From contig NW_024704742.1 of assembly GCF_018977255.1 (NCBI RefSeq), positions 81,594,001 to 81,658,000 on the forward strand: 64,000 nt of DNA. Direction: 5' to 3'. The position numbers and the translations under genes are program-made. Below, piece after piece: positions 13,014-24,249 of this stretch. Position 1 is the stretch's first letter. Each line of letters begins with the position of its first letter. A model generated the notes under the pieces. That model was not told the origin of the DNA. It saw only the letters and a program-made list of their open reading frames with translations, and searched no databases. This stretch comes from Callorhinchus milii (Eukaryota).

Positions 13014-13052
13014 GAGTCAACGTTTCAGGTACACGATCCTTCATCAGAACCC
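13014..13052 (-). ncRNA. Minimal type I hammerhead ribozyme motif (Penelope-type)
   Basis: Minus strand GGGUU-CUGAUGA-AGGaucguguaCCU-GAAA-CGUU-GACUC: intact core, stem II, palindromic ACGU stem III, 5-bp stem I. Confidence 0.7.
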
Positions 13053-13639
13053 GTGGACCCATTTATACTGCAAACTGTGCATTACTTCAACAAATCTCAG
13101 CCACCTTTGAAACCATAAAAGTTTAGCAAAATAATAATACAAACTGCTCCTACCCTGTAGATGGAGTTGTCTATTTCATACCAGTCCCTCTCCCAAGGCT
13201 TGTGATTCTTGAAATATGTTGCCGAATAAACACCCAGTCATTGAATTAATCATTACAAGCACCTCCCCATAACTATATCAGGTCTTATCAAGTGCTCTGA
13301 GATGGTAACCTGTGATAGGGGCACGATATAACTGCAAGTTGTTGTTGTACCAAACAATTTCTTGTTTGTGCTCCCAATTCTCTGATCTAATACCCTGGAC
13401 AGGGTGGATGGATTCAAAGAGCACAGTTACACTCTCACCTCTCCCATTAACCTTTTTTTTCTAATGAAGACAAATTCAGATCTGAGCATTTCCCCTCTTA
13501 GTGTAGAGCCTGTCGCTTGGCTTGTTTCTCTTTACTGCACTTATTTCAATGCCTCACTTCTTGTGACTACCTGAACTATGATTAATTGCACTGGATTAAT
13601 TCCACATCACTGTACTGCCAGAAGTGAAGCACTTTCTCT

Positions 13640-13900
13640 TCTAACATATAAACAGTCTTAATCTTCTCCGATAAGATTCTTAAACTCCGTAGCTCATATC
13701 CTCTCCTGCACCATACTGCATAAGTCCATCTCCTCTATCTTCACCCTGCTCCGCTGGCTACTTAATCCCCCACGGATTAACTTTAATATATTTGTCCTGG
13801 TCTTCAAATGCCTCCAAGATGTCATACCCAGCCTATCTCTATGATTTCCTGTGACCCTATAGCTATTCTCTATGCTCTGACAATTCCAACTTTCTTCATA
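13640..13900 (+). mobile_element. Highly degenerate L2 fragment
   Basis: ctccgctggcta...cggattaactttaa...ctggtcttcaaatgcctcca resembles the LHWLP..RI.FK..L.FK motif. Confidence 0.55.
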
Positions 13901-14469
13901 ACACCCCTCCCCCCTCACTCCCCTCCGCCCCTCCCTCCCCCCCACCTCCACCCCACACACACACTCTGTTAATTCTGGTTAGTTAAGGAGTCAGATTGAC
14001 CGTAAACCGGATGATACAAAATCAACAGAAAAACGACAGTTGCTGAGATTTTTGATTCATTCTGGTAAAAGACTTCAGGAAACATTTTCACGACATATGA
14101 ACTTGAATAACAAATGCCAAATCGTATATTTCCTTGAAGCCTGTAGCTCTGTCTTGATATCATCTCCGTTTCTGTCACTTGTCATTTTTCAGCCTGGCTG
14201 TCTGCTTTGAACATGACCTGAATTCATCATAATTACTCATTCCGGTAATTAGGAACAATAATTTTGGCTGAAGCCTTGTTCTCAATATTGCTCCCAAGCT
14301 AGGTTTCCTTGGTAAATTCTGGCAGTTTGATCACTGATGATCGCTATTATTGCAAGGCTTTCCAGAAATACATAATTGAGCATACCCCAGGTAATTGTTT
14401 TATCTGAAAATAACCTCTTTGTATGGCACTGCCATTTGATAATTAGAAAAATTACTGAATATACAGTCC

Positions 14470-14845
14470 CATAGGCCGTAGTTAGCACGCTCACCTCACA
14501 AATGAAAAGAATCAGGTTCGCTTCCCGGATGGGTGAAACCTTAGGCAAATTTTCTTACTCCACACGCCTCTGTTTACCTAGCAATAAGTAGGAACCCATT
14601 TGTTAGTCGATTGGCTGATCATTGTTCGGGTGTAATAATCCCTCCATAAAACCCGAAACAAACAAAATAAAATGTGGTCATTCAATCCATGACTGCTTGT
14701 GGAACACTGCTGTGTGCAATTTTCTGCCAAGTTTCACCCATAAAATTCACAGGGAATCCATTTTACAGTATTTTTCTGTGAAGCACTTTGAGAATTCTCA
14801 GTGATGTGATAAGGGACTTTATGAAAAACAAGGATTATTATTATT
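14470..14845 (+). mobile_element. tRNA-SINE, older long variant, near full length
   Basis: Degenerate tRNA head, gaaaccttaggcaa, extra ctctgtttacctagca segment, aaggattattatt tail. Confidence 0.85.
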
Positions 14846-15009
14846 GTATTTTGACAATTATTCTGCTCTGTTCACTGACTGCTGTATTCTCAGCAAAACT
14901 GGTAAACAGAATCAACAGTTTCCTTTAAATGATCTACTAAAAGTCATCTGCCCACACCGGATGAAGAACAATGTCTAAATAATTCGAATCTATTGTAGAA
15001 AAGATAATT

Positions 15010-15272
15010 ACAACAGTTTACATTTACATAGTGCCTTCACATCAAGAGGACATCCCGAAGTGCTTTGCATAATTGATGGGGAAATTGAGCCGGGAGCGGA
15101 CAGGGTGCTGGGGTAGGGAAAGGAACGATGGCCAAGAGAATGGTTGAAGAGGTTTTGAAGCTGAGGAGGAAGGAAGTCAAGTGAAGGAACTCCAGGATGG
15201 AGTTTCACAGAGCAGGGCAGAATGACTGAAAGCTCATCCACCAAAATGGAGTGGTTGGGGATGTGAAGCAAG
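15010..15272 (-). mobile_element. Degenerate L2 3' end
   Basis: ttacatttacatagtgccttcacatc terminus and L2 3' region remnants. Confidence 0.7.
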
Positions 15273-15359
15273 CTGCAAGTCTCCAGTAGGCTGTGTTGCT
15301 CTTAATTATTCCCTGCATTAACTACATTTTCTCAATATATATGATAAAAAGAACATCGG

Positions 15360-15745
15360 CATTGCATTTAAGATAGTATCAATCGCCTGTAAAGTGTAGT
15401 GACTGTGTATTTGTAGGCGAACACAGCAGCCAACTTGCACACATCAAAATCCCACAAACAACCACAAAGTGAGTGACCAATTTTATCTGAGGGATTGTTG
15501 GTCAAGACACTCGGAGAACCTTTACTTCTCTTTTCGAATAGTGTCATGGGATCTTTGAAATGCACATAAAAAGGCAGACAGGAACTTTGTTGAAAGTCTC
15601 AACTAAAGGCCGACTCCTGTGGCAATGCGACACTCCCCAAGCACTGCACTGGAGCTTCAGTCTAGACTGTGAGCTCAAAGGCCCGATTGTTGGCTTGATC
15701 TCACACCCTTCTAACTCAGAGGTGAGAGCGCTGTCATTGAAACTA
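15360..15745 (-). mobile_element. Deu-domain tRNA-SINE
   Basis: Reverse strand aaagatcccatgacactattcgaaaagag...ccgagtgtcttgacc (Deu core) and gcgctctcacctctgagttagaagg head. Confidence 0.8.
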
Positions 15746-16401
15746 ACCTGATACCTCATGCAAACGCAATGAACCAAGTTTTATCAGCTTCTGAAAGTTC
15801 AGATATGATAGTGCTGGCCAGACATGTCAATTTTTCTTTTGCAAAACCCAAGCACCCATTCATAAATGATATGCTGTAGTACTATTTTATAGCTTTTCCT
15901 CTGATGCAGCTGCTAATTTGGACGTGATTTGCGTTGCTTAGGCAGCAGGCACTGCTAACCTCTGAATACAGATTAATAGTCAGAGAGTCATTTTGTCAGT
16001 GCTATTAGTCTGACTTTGAAGTAATTTACGATGCCGCAGCAAAAGCATAAAAAAGAAATAGATTTGATGTGGGTGCAGCATGTGTCAGCAAATGGTGACA
16101 AAATAACACATTCCATTAGGTGAATGTGTCTAAATTAGATGTGTCAGTCAGATCACCCAGTTACTTTTTTTTAAAAATTGTGACAAGCATTTCATTTTCT
16201 GTGAGCCGGTCCCCATATTTAACGTAAGCATCAACAACCACAGTGCTAAAGTCTCTTGCACATTGTTTGTGAAGTTTGAAAACGAGAAGACATTATTTGC
16301 AGATCAGGTGTGCTCTGAAAATGGGTAACCATTTAATCAATTATTTAACCATAAGAGACACAAGAAAGGGGACCAGAATTTGAGAAATTCACATTGTAGA
16401 T

Positions 16402-16877
16402 CAGTGGTGGGCAACCCTTTGGTCGGCCAACAAATTGAATTTTCTTGGTTGAATATAAGAACATAAAAATTTGCTAGACAAAAGAATACCAAGAGCCATC
16501 TAGTTCACCTTCCACCATCCTAGCATTGTTTGGCATGTTGTGTCCCAAAGTACATACTGTATCCTGAGATATTATTTTCTAGCAGAAATCTATTTAATTT
16601 GTTCTTGAAACAAACAACATTTTCTGCTTCCACTGTCTCCCCAGGGAGCCTGTTCCATAAGTCCTCCTGTAACCTATCCTGTTCATCTTCGTAGTCTACC
16701 ACCTTCATTAGGTTTGTGCTACCTGCAAATTTAGCCACTGTGCTTGTGACTCCTAGCTACAAGTCATTTATGAAGATATTAAACAAATCAAGAAATATTC
16801 AATCAAGAAAAAAATGGAAAAACATTGAATTAAACCAAATACACCTAAATTAGTGGGCCATGGGTTGACCCCCACTG
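16402..16877. mobile_element. hAT (Charlie-like) MITE with CR1 fragments inserted at about 16455-16785
   Basis: TIRs cagtggtgggcaaccc / gggttgacccccactg; 8-bp TSD ttgtagat (16394-16401) / ctgtagat (16878-16885); subterminal inverted repeat ttcttggttgaatat / atattcaatcaagaa. Confidence 0.85.
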
Positions 16878-16909
16878 CTGTAGATAAAGCATCTCTAGTG
16901 CAGTTATAA

Positions 16910-17812
16910 TCCTATTTGATATAGTATCTTATAATGTTGTTGAGATGCTTCAAAGTGCTACAGATGATACACTATAAAGTGGTGTAACTGTATGTTTGTG
17001 GGTGAATGCGACAGCCAATCTGCACACAGCAAATTTCCCTGCATGAGAGGTACTACATAAATGCAAGTTGTTGTTGATGGAGTAAGTGACCAGTTTTATT
17101 TGGGGGATTGCTGGCCAGAACACTGGAATAAACTCCATTCTCATTTTCAAATATGACTATGGGAACTTTAATCCAAGCAGATGGGAGCTTGTCTTCGTGA
17201 CCACATCACTCCCACCCTCGCTCGCCTCCACTGGCTCCCCATCCCCTAGAGGATCGAATTCAAGATCCTCATCCTCACCTACAAGTCCATTCATGGCCTT
17301 GCTCCCTCCTACCTCTCCGACATACTATCCCCCTACCTACCTGCCCGTACCCTCCGTTCCTCTGGCTCCGGTCTGCTCCACATTCCCCGCCCCAACCGCC
17401 TTACCATCGGTGGCCGGACCTTCAGCCTCTCAGCCCCGAGGCTCTGGAACTCTATCCCCCAGTGCCTTCGCCGCCTCCTCCCTTTCCTCCTTCAAGGTCA
17501 GTCTCAAGACCTTTCTCTTTGACTGTGCCTTCAGCTCCCCTCTCGACTCTCTACCCCCTCCTCGCTCCCTCCCTTCCCACCCATCACCCTGACCATTTCC
17601 CCCTTGCTTGGGTCCTGACCCAACTGTACAGCGCCTTGGGACGTCCTCCCGACGTGAAAGGCGCTCTATAAATGGAATCTTGTTGTTGTTGTTGTTAATG
17701 TATCCTCTGAAGCACTGGACCTCTGACAATGCAGCACACCCTAGCACTGTATTGGAGGTCAACCTAGACTATATGGGTTCCAAGTCCTGATGTGGGGTTT
17801 GAAACCACAACA
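16910..17812 (-). mobile_element. Deu-domain SINE split by the L2 at 17190-17697
   Basis: Tail and core at 16910-17185; head (ggtttcaaaccccacatcaggacttggaacc on minus) at 17700-17812. Confidence 0.7.
17190..17697 (+). mobile_element. Young L2 3' fragment
   Basis: Near-identical to 45730-46285; (TTG)n tail. Confidence 0.95.
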
Positions 17813-18307
17813 GTTACCTCGGCTATCAACAGGATGAACCTTCACTGCTGTTCCTGGACTAGTTATTCTTGGCTTTCCAGTAAAATAACCTGTGAAAACC
17901 TCAGTGCAGCAAAATGACCCTCTAATTTCCGTAATGTCTTTTCACTCCTGTCTATTTTATTACAAAATGTGCTGAAATGACAAAATATAATTCAAGAGTA
18001 GTTTATGTTTCTGATTCAGTGGAAAATGCCAATTATTTCTTTCCTTGCCCGTTGGCACATTGCATGGTATTTGCTGAATGGCACTGTAGAGGTTTATTTA
18101 TTTTTGTGCGTCAAGAGAGGGGAAATCAAGGTGCCAAAACCTCTGGATATTGCAGAATTAATTATGTCTTCTTCTAAATATTCACGAGGTCACATCTTGC
18201 CCTTACTTTGCGAGTTTATATCCTGCTTCAAAAGCATAAATGATTTTGTCACACTGAGGCATATTATGAATTGTGCTTTGATCGGGGGGGTTGCATGATT
18301 ATTATTC

Positions 18308-18708
18308 AGTGGCTCAGTTGGTAGCACTCTTGCCTCTAAGTAAGAAAGTTGTGGGTTCAAGCCCCACATCGGGACTTGGAATCACATATTCTAAGCTGAC
18401 ACTCCAGTGCAGTGCTAAGGCTATTTTGCATTGTGAAGGCGCTTTCCTTTGGATGAGAAACTGAACATCGTCTGCCTGCTCAGGTAGACGTTAAAGATCC
18501 CATCGCACTTTTATGCTGGTGTCCTGGCCAACAATTTCCCTCATTTTACTTCATGAGTGTTTGTTGGAGACTGCTGCTCACAAATTGATTGACACATTTG
18601 CCTACCAAATAAACACTAGAGTAAAAATCTTGTGAAGCGCTTTGAGATATCCTCCCAAAGCAGAAGGTGCTGTATCAAATGCAATGCTTATTATTATTGT
18701 TATTATTA
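18308..18708 (+). mobile_element. Deu-domain tRNA-SINE, near full length
   Basis: A-box tggctcagttgg, B-box gggttcaagcc, ttggatgagaaac...gttaaagatcccatcgcac...ggtgtcctggccaac core, (TTA)n tail. Confidence 0.85.
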
Positions 18709-19035
18709 ATAGCTATTGCTGGCTCCGGGGGTGACAGTCAGTATTCAGATAGTCACTTGTGGATGTGTCTCATGTCTCTGTGCATATCCTCTGTTGTTTC
18801 CTTGCTCTCCAAGTGCCTCAAGGGTGTCAAACACAGTTTGATGGAAAGCTGCATTTAAAATTAATTGTAATGCCAGGAGTCAATAAAGCGACAAATCTAG
18901 TTGGGGGAACAAAATCAATATGAACACATATATTTGCTAAAAATTACTTTTGCTTATCCTTATGATCTTTCAGCAAGTAATTATCTTCACTCAAGTCCCA
19001 GTATCTCTCAGATTCTGCCACGATGTATCTATTTT

Positions 19036-19358
19036 GAGTCCTGTAGCTCAGTGGTTAGAGCACTCGCTTTGCAAGCGAGAGACCTGAGTTCAATTCCAGG
19101 CAGGGAGAAACCTTAGGCAAGTTTCCTTACTCCACACGCCTAATAATAATCCCTCCAAAACCAAAAACAATAATAAATTGGTCATTTTCAATCCATGACT
19201 GTTTGTGGGACATTGCTGTGCACAATTGGCTGCCGTTTCGCCCACAAATATACAGTCAATTCACTTTACAGTATATTCTGTGAAGCGCTTTGGGACATCT
19301 AGAAGACGTGAAAAGCGTTATATCAAATGCAAGGATTATCATTATATTATTATTATTT
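19036..19358 (+). mobile_element. Full-length tRNA-Ala-derived SINE with L2-type tail (resembles the major Callorhinchus SINE)
   Basis: A-box tagctcagtgg, anticodon arm ctcgc-tttgcaa-gcgag (TGC), B-box agttcaattcc, 3' gacgtgaaaagcgttatatcaaatgcaagg(ATT)n. Confidence 0.93.
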
Positions 19359-19499
19359 CTTTACCTTTTAAGCACTGTTAAGCACTGCTAAGCGCTCTGA
19401 GATGCTACCCTGCATGGAGGGCTCTATATAAGTGTAAGTTTGTGTGGTTGTTGTTGTTGCTTCTTTTTTTTTTTGTTCATCCTTCTTCTTCCAAAATAA

Positions 19500-19695
19500 A
19501 TTTGGTAACTCAATTCACGACTATTTGTGGGACACTGCTATGTGCAATTGGCTGCCGCATTTCACCCACAAAATACACAGTCAATCCACTTTACAGTATA
19601 TTTTGTGAAGGGCTTTGAGACGTCTCAATAACATGATTATTATAATCAGGCGGTATATTAAATGCAACTATAATTATTACTACTACTATTATTAT
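19500..19695 (+). mobile_element. tRNA-SINE 3' half
   Basis: gtgggacactgc...caattggctgcc body and tail. Confidence 0.85.
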
Positions 19696-21006
19696 CACTA
19701 GAGTTATACGGGATATTTATACCTTCCCAGGCAGCAACCAGAACAGGAAACAGAGAAGCACAATTACTTTTATAATAATAATACTTTTGTTTGATGTGGT
19801 ATCTTTTTCATCGCTTCACTAGATATACAGTGAAATGCTTGGTATTGTAAAACGAACGCAGCAGCCAATTTACAAAAGGAAGATTAAGCTTGACCAAAAT
19901 TACCAAATCCTTTGAACATATAACCAACAGAGTAGATTAGGGTGCTTAACCAATAAGCTACAAATTTGGATTGCTGCATGCAAACGGACACTAATTGTGC
20001 TCTTCTAAATGAGAAAATGAATTCAGATCAACTCTTTCTAACAAACTGGAAGCTTTAATGTAAGCAATACCCACTGCTCTCCCAACAACAACAACAATAA
20101 AAATGCCCAAAAGGGTTATCTAATGTCAAAGCATTGCTCACAGAATCACACTCATAAACACACATAATAATCAAAAAAGAAATAAGAGTTATATTATTCC
20201 AGTTCTGTCTCGCTACAGTCCTCTGCCCTGGAGGATAGAACAGAAATATTAAAACATTATCTGCAGCATGGAATTTTGAATTACAGATGCAAATATAAAA
20301 TTTGCCTGGTATTATTGCTTTTCGGAGTTCTGAATGTCAACTAATTTTGATTTTGCTAATAATACATTCTCAGCCCAACTTTAATTACTCCTGAACTTCA
20401 AAAAATAAATACAATAGAAGAAAAACACAGGGATTGGGGAATTTAAATGACATGCTGGTAGATTACATTTTACCAGATAATTTATGAGAATTAATATTAA
20501 ACCGTGGATTTAAAAATGATCCCCTAAATTTGAACTCAATTTGTGCCTGAAGAATGACTACCTAATCCTTGACATTTAAATAAATTTTAAATAGCTCTAT
20601 TGCAGACTGTTCACCATCGTTGCTTTACCTCCAGTCACAACATTGAATATGGGATACGCTTAATGCTGCTGAGGAGGTTCACTTCAATTGCAAAGAGATG
20701 GTTAGAGTCAGGTTCTTTACTCCATTGCCTTTAGCATTGTCTTCTCATATGGCTTCCACCTGCTGAACCACTGATGTTCAATAAGACTTTTACTTGCAGC
20801 TGTCCATTTGGAAGTCAAAATACTTGTCTCCTTAAGCTTCTCTGCAACTCCAGACTTACACATACAATCATAGAAATATCAGCACAGAGCGGGGCCAGCT
20901 GTTTGAAACAAACTAGAAGTTTTAAAGTAACCACCACTGCCCTCCCAACAACAACAATAAAAATGCCCAGAAGGGTTGTTTAATATCAAAGATAAGGGGA
21001 AAAGGA

Positions 21007-21073
21007 TAGAGTAGAGAGCTTCAGTGGGGGAGCTATCATGGTGATACCTTCCCCATTAGAGTTCTCTATTCTA
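21007..21073 (+). other. Long hairpin, pre-miRNA-like candidate
   Basis: 32 stem positions: 25 Watson-Crick, 5 G-U, 2 mismatches, 3-nt loop. Confidence 0.4.
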
Positions 21074-21319
21074 CTCCCATTTCTCTGTCTGTTCCTCTTA
21101 CAATAGCAACAACTTGCAATTATTTAGTGTTCTTCGCATAGGATAACATCAGAACATTTCATACAGACAGATTTACAGTCCTTAGCCTATTTACAGAATG
21201 AAAATTATGACATTTCATAAGAGATTTGATCATTATCCTGTTAATTATGTTTCATTTTTCATCTCTATAACTATATATCTATTCTTCATGCATCTAGGCA
21301 ATACCCTTCTAAATGATAA

Positions 21320-21435
21320 CAATAATAATAATAATCCTTGCATTTGATATAGCGCTTTTCACATCGGGAGGACGTCCCAAAGCGCTTCACAGAACACACT
21401 GTAAAGTGAATTGACTGTATATTTGTGGGCAAACG
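21320..21435 (-). mobile_element. tRNA-SINE 3' part
   Basis: (AAT)n plus ttcacatcgggaggacgtcccaaagcgctt. Confidence 0.88.
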
Positions 21436-22739
21436 ATGAGCTCTGAACAGAATTTCAAATTAAATTCAAAGTAAATTTGCCCACAAATCATTGTCATGAT
21501 CCTGTACTCCTAACTTGTAAAGTGCTAAAACTGTAAACGTAAGGATTATTATTATTAAATTAGTCCATTAGTACAAGGGACAGCATAGAAAGGGCTGAAA
21601 TTGGCAGTTACACCTAAACCACTGGTAATCACTACTTATTTAAAGGTGCATGACACAGACTTACCTCTAGGAACAGGCTAGATTGAGATGAATTAGATCA
21701 TTGGAGTCTAAATTGTGCCGTTTTCTAAAAAGAGTCACTAACAATAACTGAATCACAAATAGGGCCTTATTCCCACAATCAGAAGCAAATCATCCTGGTC
21801 TCTTGGAACTCTATGAAGGAAGGCGAACAAATTATTAATGAATCCTATTATGAATTGTTATAATTTAGAGCCTATTATCTGTAACCGAGTTTGTGCTATT
21901 GCAAAGCGACAGAGCTGAGCTACTCTGTTAATTGTGTAGTAATAGCAGGGAGCAGTCCTGGTGGGCTAAGCAGCTTTATCCCGGGTTAGCTCGACTTTTT
22001 TATATTCCTGACATGGGGTATTGTCTCAGAATGAAGAATCCCAGCAAGGATTCATCTGGAGGACTTTGTTTTTAGCCAACCACCAAATATGAATTATGCC
22101 TTCTTCTATTGATTTAGTTCTCTTTACGAAAATAATGTCAAATGTGTCACACAGGGAGCATTTTGCTGTGCCATTAACCTGCTTACAGATCCACAGCACC
22201 AAATTATTGGCAAAGTATCTAAGTTGTGTATTCTGGCCTATTCTGCTGTCACCTCAAAAGAGTGACTAACAGACATATGGGCACTGACATTTCCTTCATG
22301 TGTAATTTATTATTTAGTTTATCTGTCTAATCTATGAAATTGCCATGATCCAGTGCTTATGAATTAATTTCTCTTGTGTTCAGGTGGTTCTTTGTGTAAC
22401 AGGATCTAATGCAGCCTCTTGAGTCATAAGTAAGCTGTGGTTGTGTGACTTGCTCCTCCCTTTCCAGGCAGCTGTAACTATTATTCCCTTTAAAGGAATC
22501 TAATTGTGATGTATCGTAATTTGATTCCTTAATATCTTAATAGAATTCCTGAAGAAAATCAAGTCTGAGTAGAGTTCCCGTGGGACGGTGATGTACTTCT
22601 GGTTACTGGAAGGAGCCACCATTTGTCTTACTTGAAATCCTTATTAATGCAATCCTTTAGGAAAAGCAGCAAATCAGTTTGTTACACAGACTAGGTGGTT
22701 GGCTATGTGTGATGGCTCATTGGTATACTGCTTGGGCCA

Positions 22740-23615
22740 GGGAGGGAGATGGAAAGCATGGTTGAAGAGGAGAGTCTTGAGATCGATCTTGAACAACAAC
22801 AACAACAACAAGATTCCATTTATAGAGCGCCTTTCACGTCGGGAGGACGTCCCAAGGCGCAGGACAGTTGGGTCAGGACCCGAGCAGGGGGGAAATGGTC
22901 AGGGTGAAGGGAAGGAAGGGAGGGGGCGAGGAGGGTGTAGAGAGTCAAGAGGGGAGCTGAAGACATGGTCAAAGAGAAAGGTCTTGAGACCGGCCTTGAA
23001 GGAGGAAAGGGAAGAAGCAAGGCGAAGGCACTGGGTGATGGAGCTCCAGAGCCTAGGGGCTGAGAGGCTGAAGGCCCAGCCACCGATGGTAAAGCGGTTA
23101 GGGCTTGAGATATGGAGCAGACCGGAGCCAGAGGAACGGAAGGTACGGGCAGGTAAGTAGGGGGATAGTAGGTCAGAGAGGTAGGAGGGAGCAAGGCCGT
23201 GAATGGCCTTGTAGGTGAGGATGAGGATCTTGAATTCAAATTCGATTGAAGGAGGCAAGGGAGGGGATGAGGTGGAGGGACTGCAGGATGGAGTTCCAGA
23301 TGGTGGGGGCAGAGTGACAGAAGGCCGCCTGCCAATAGTGGGTTGAACGAGGCTGGGGACGTGAAGCAGGCTGGAGCCCACTGAGCAGAGGGAGCAAGCA
23401 GGATGGTAGGGGCTAGGAGGTCGCAGAGGTAGGGGGAGCAAGACCACGGCAGGCTTTGAAGGTGAGGACCAGGATCTTGAACTGTATCCTCTGTAAGATG
23501 GGAAGCCAGTGGAGTTGGGCGAGGACGGAAGTGAAAGGGCCACGGAGCCTGGTGTGCGAGAAGACATGGGCTGCAGAGTTCTGGATGATCTGCAGCCTAT
23601 GGAGGGAGGATTGGA
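22740..23615 (-). mobile_element. Older L2 3' fragment with a young L2 (22792-23240) nested in it
   Basis: Two successive L2 C-terminal regions; internal (AAC)n tail at 22792-22810; older copy resumes at about 23245. Confidence 0.9.
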
Positions 23616-24249
23616 GAGAACTTCAAAATATTAATTTTGATAACAACTCCAACTATTGAACAAACTATTGAATAAAGACTTCACAAAATTTTGAAACAAA
23701 ATCCAGCATGTTGCCAGTTAAGGATCTGTAACCTGTCCCATGATGGTGTGAGAGATGTTAGTAGGATGCAAAGCATTGTTCGGCAGATGTCATTCATTGC
23801 ATTAGTGCTAAAAATGGCATTCAGTGGTCACATTTCTGCACCCATTGAATAAGATGAGAACTGTGCTGTTACAATGCTATATTCAGAAATGCCTTCCATC
23901 AGTGTACACCAGGTGGATCTTCTGCAGTTTAATTCAAATAAGGTATTGCTATTGTCTCGAATGTTCAGATAATGCATGCACCCAAGCTCTTGGCTCTGCC
24001 CTACCATGGCTATTAACAGGAGCACTGTCACAGTTGTGCTTACATTGAGTGCTTGCCATTATAACTCGTGCCCAACGTGAAGTGAATCACGGGGAAAAAA
24101 ACCTACACAGATTTCCAAAAAACAGTAGAGAATAAATCCAGATATTGCAGTAATAGGGAACCAAGTCTCATTAAGTTTCATCCCAGCTATTGCTGATATT
24201 CTGCTATATTTTCTGCCTTATTGCTGAGGTCCTCAATAGACCTGCAGTT

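Larger units (their letters stand above)
12293..13052 (-). mobile_element. Short Penelope-derived element (12293-12335 plus 13000-13052) split by an L2 insertion
   Basis: gggaacactcagcaggtcaggcagcatct and ggagaaag...cgtttcagg...ccttcatcagaa are contiguous in the uninterrupted copy at 52795-52885. Confidence 0.8.

Noticed and set aside
19036..19108. tRNA-Ala(TGC) gene
   Set aside because: No proper acceptor stem or T-run terminator; continues into the SINE body and L2 tail and recurs in several SINE copies.
24125..24215. Imperfect inverted repeat upstream of the CR1 5' end
   Set aside because: Needs several gaps; too weak to distinguish from chance.
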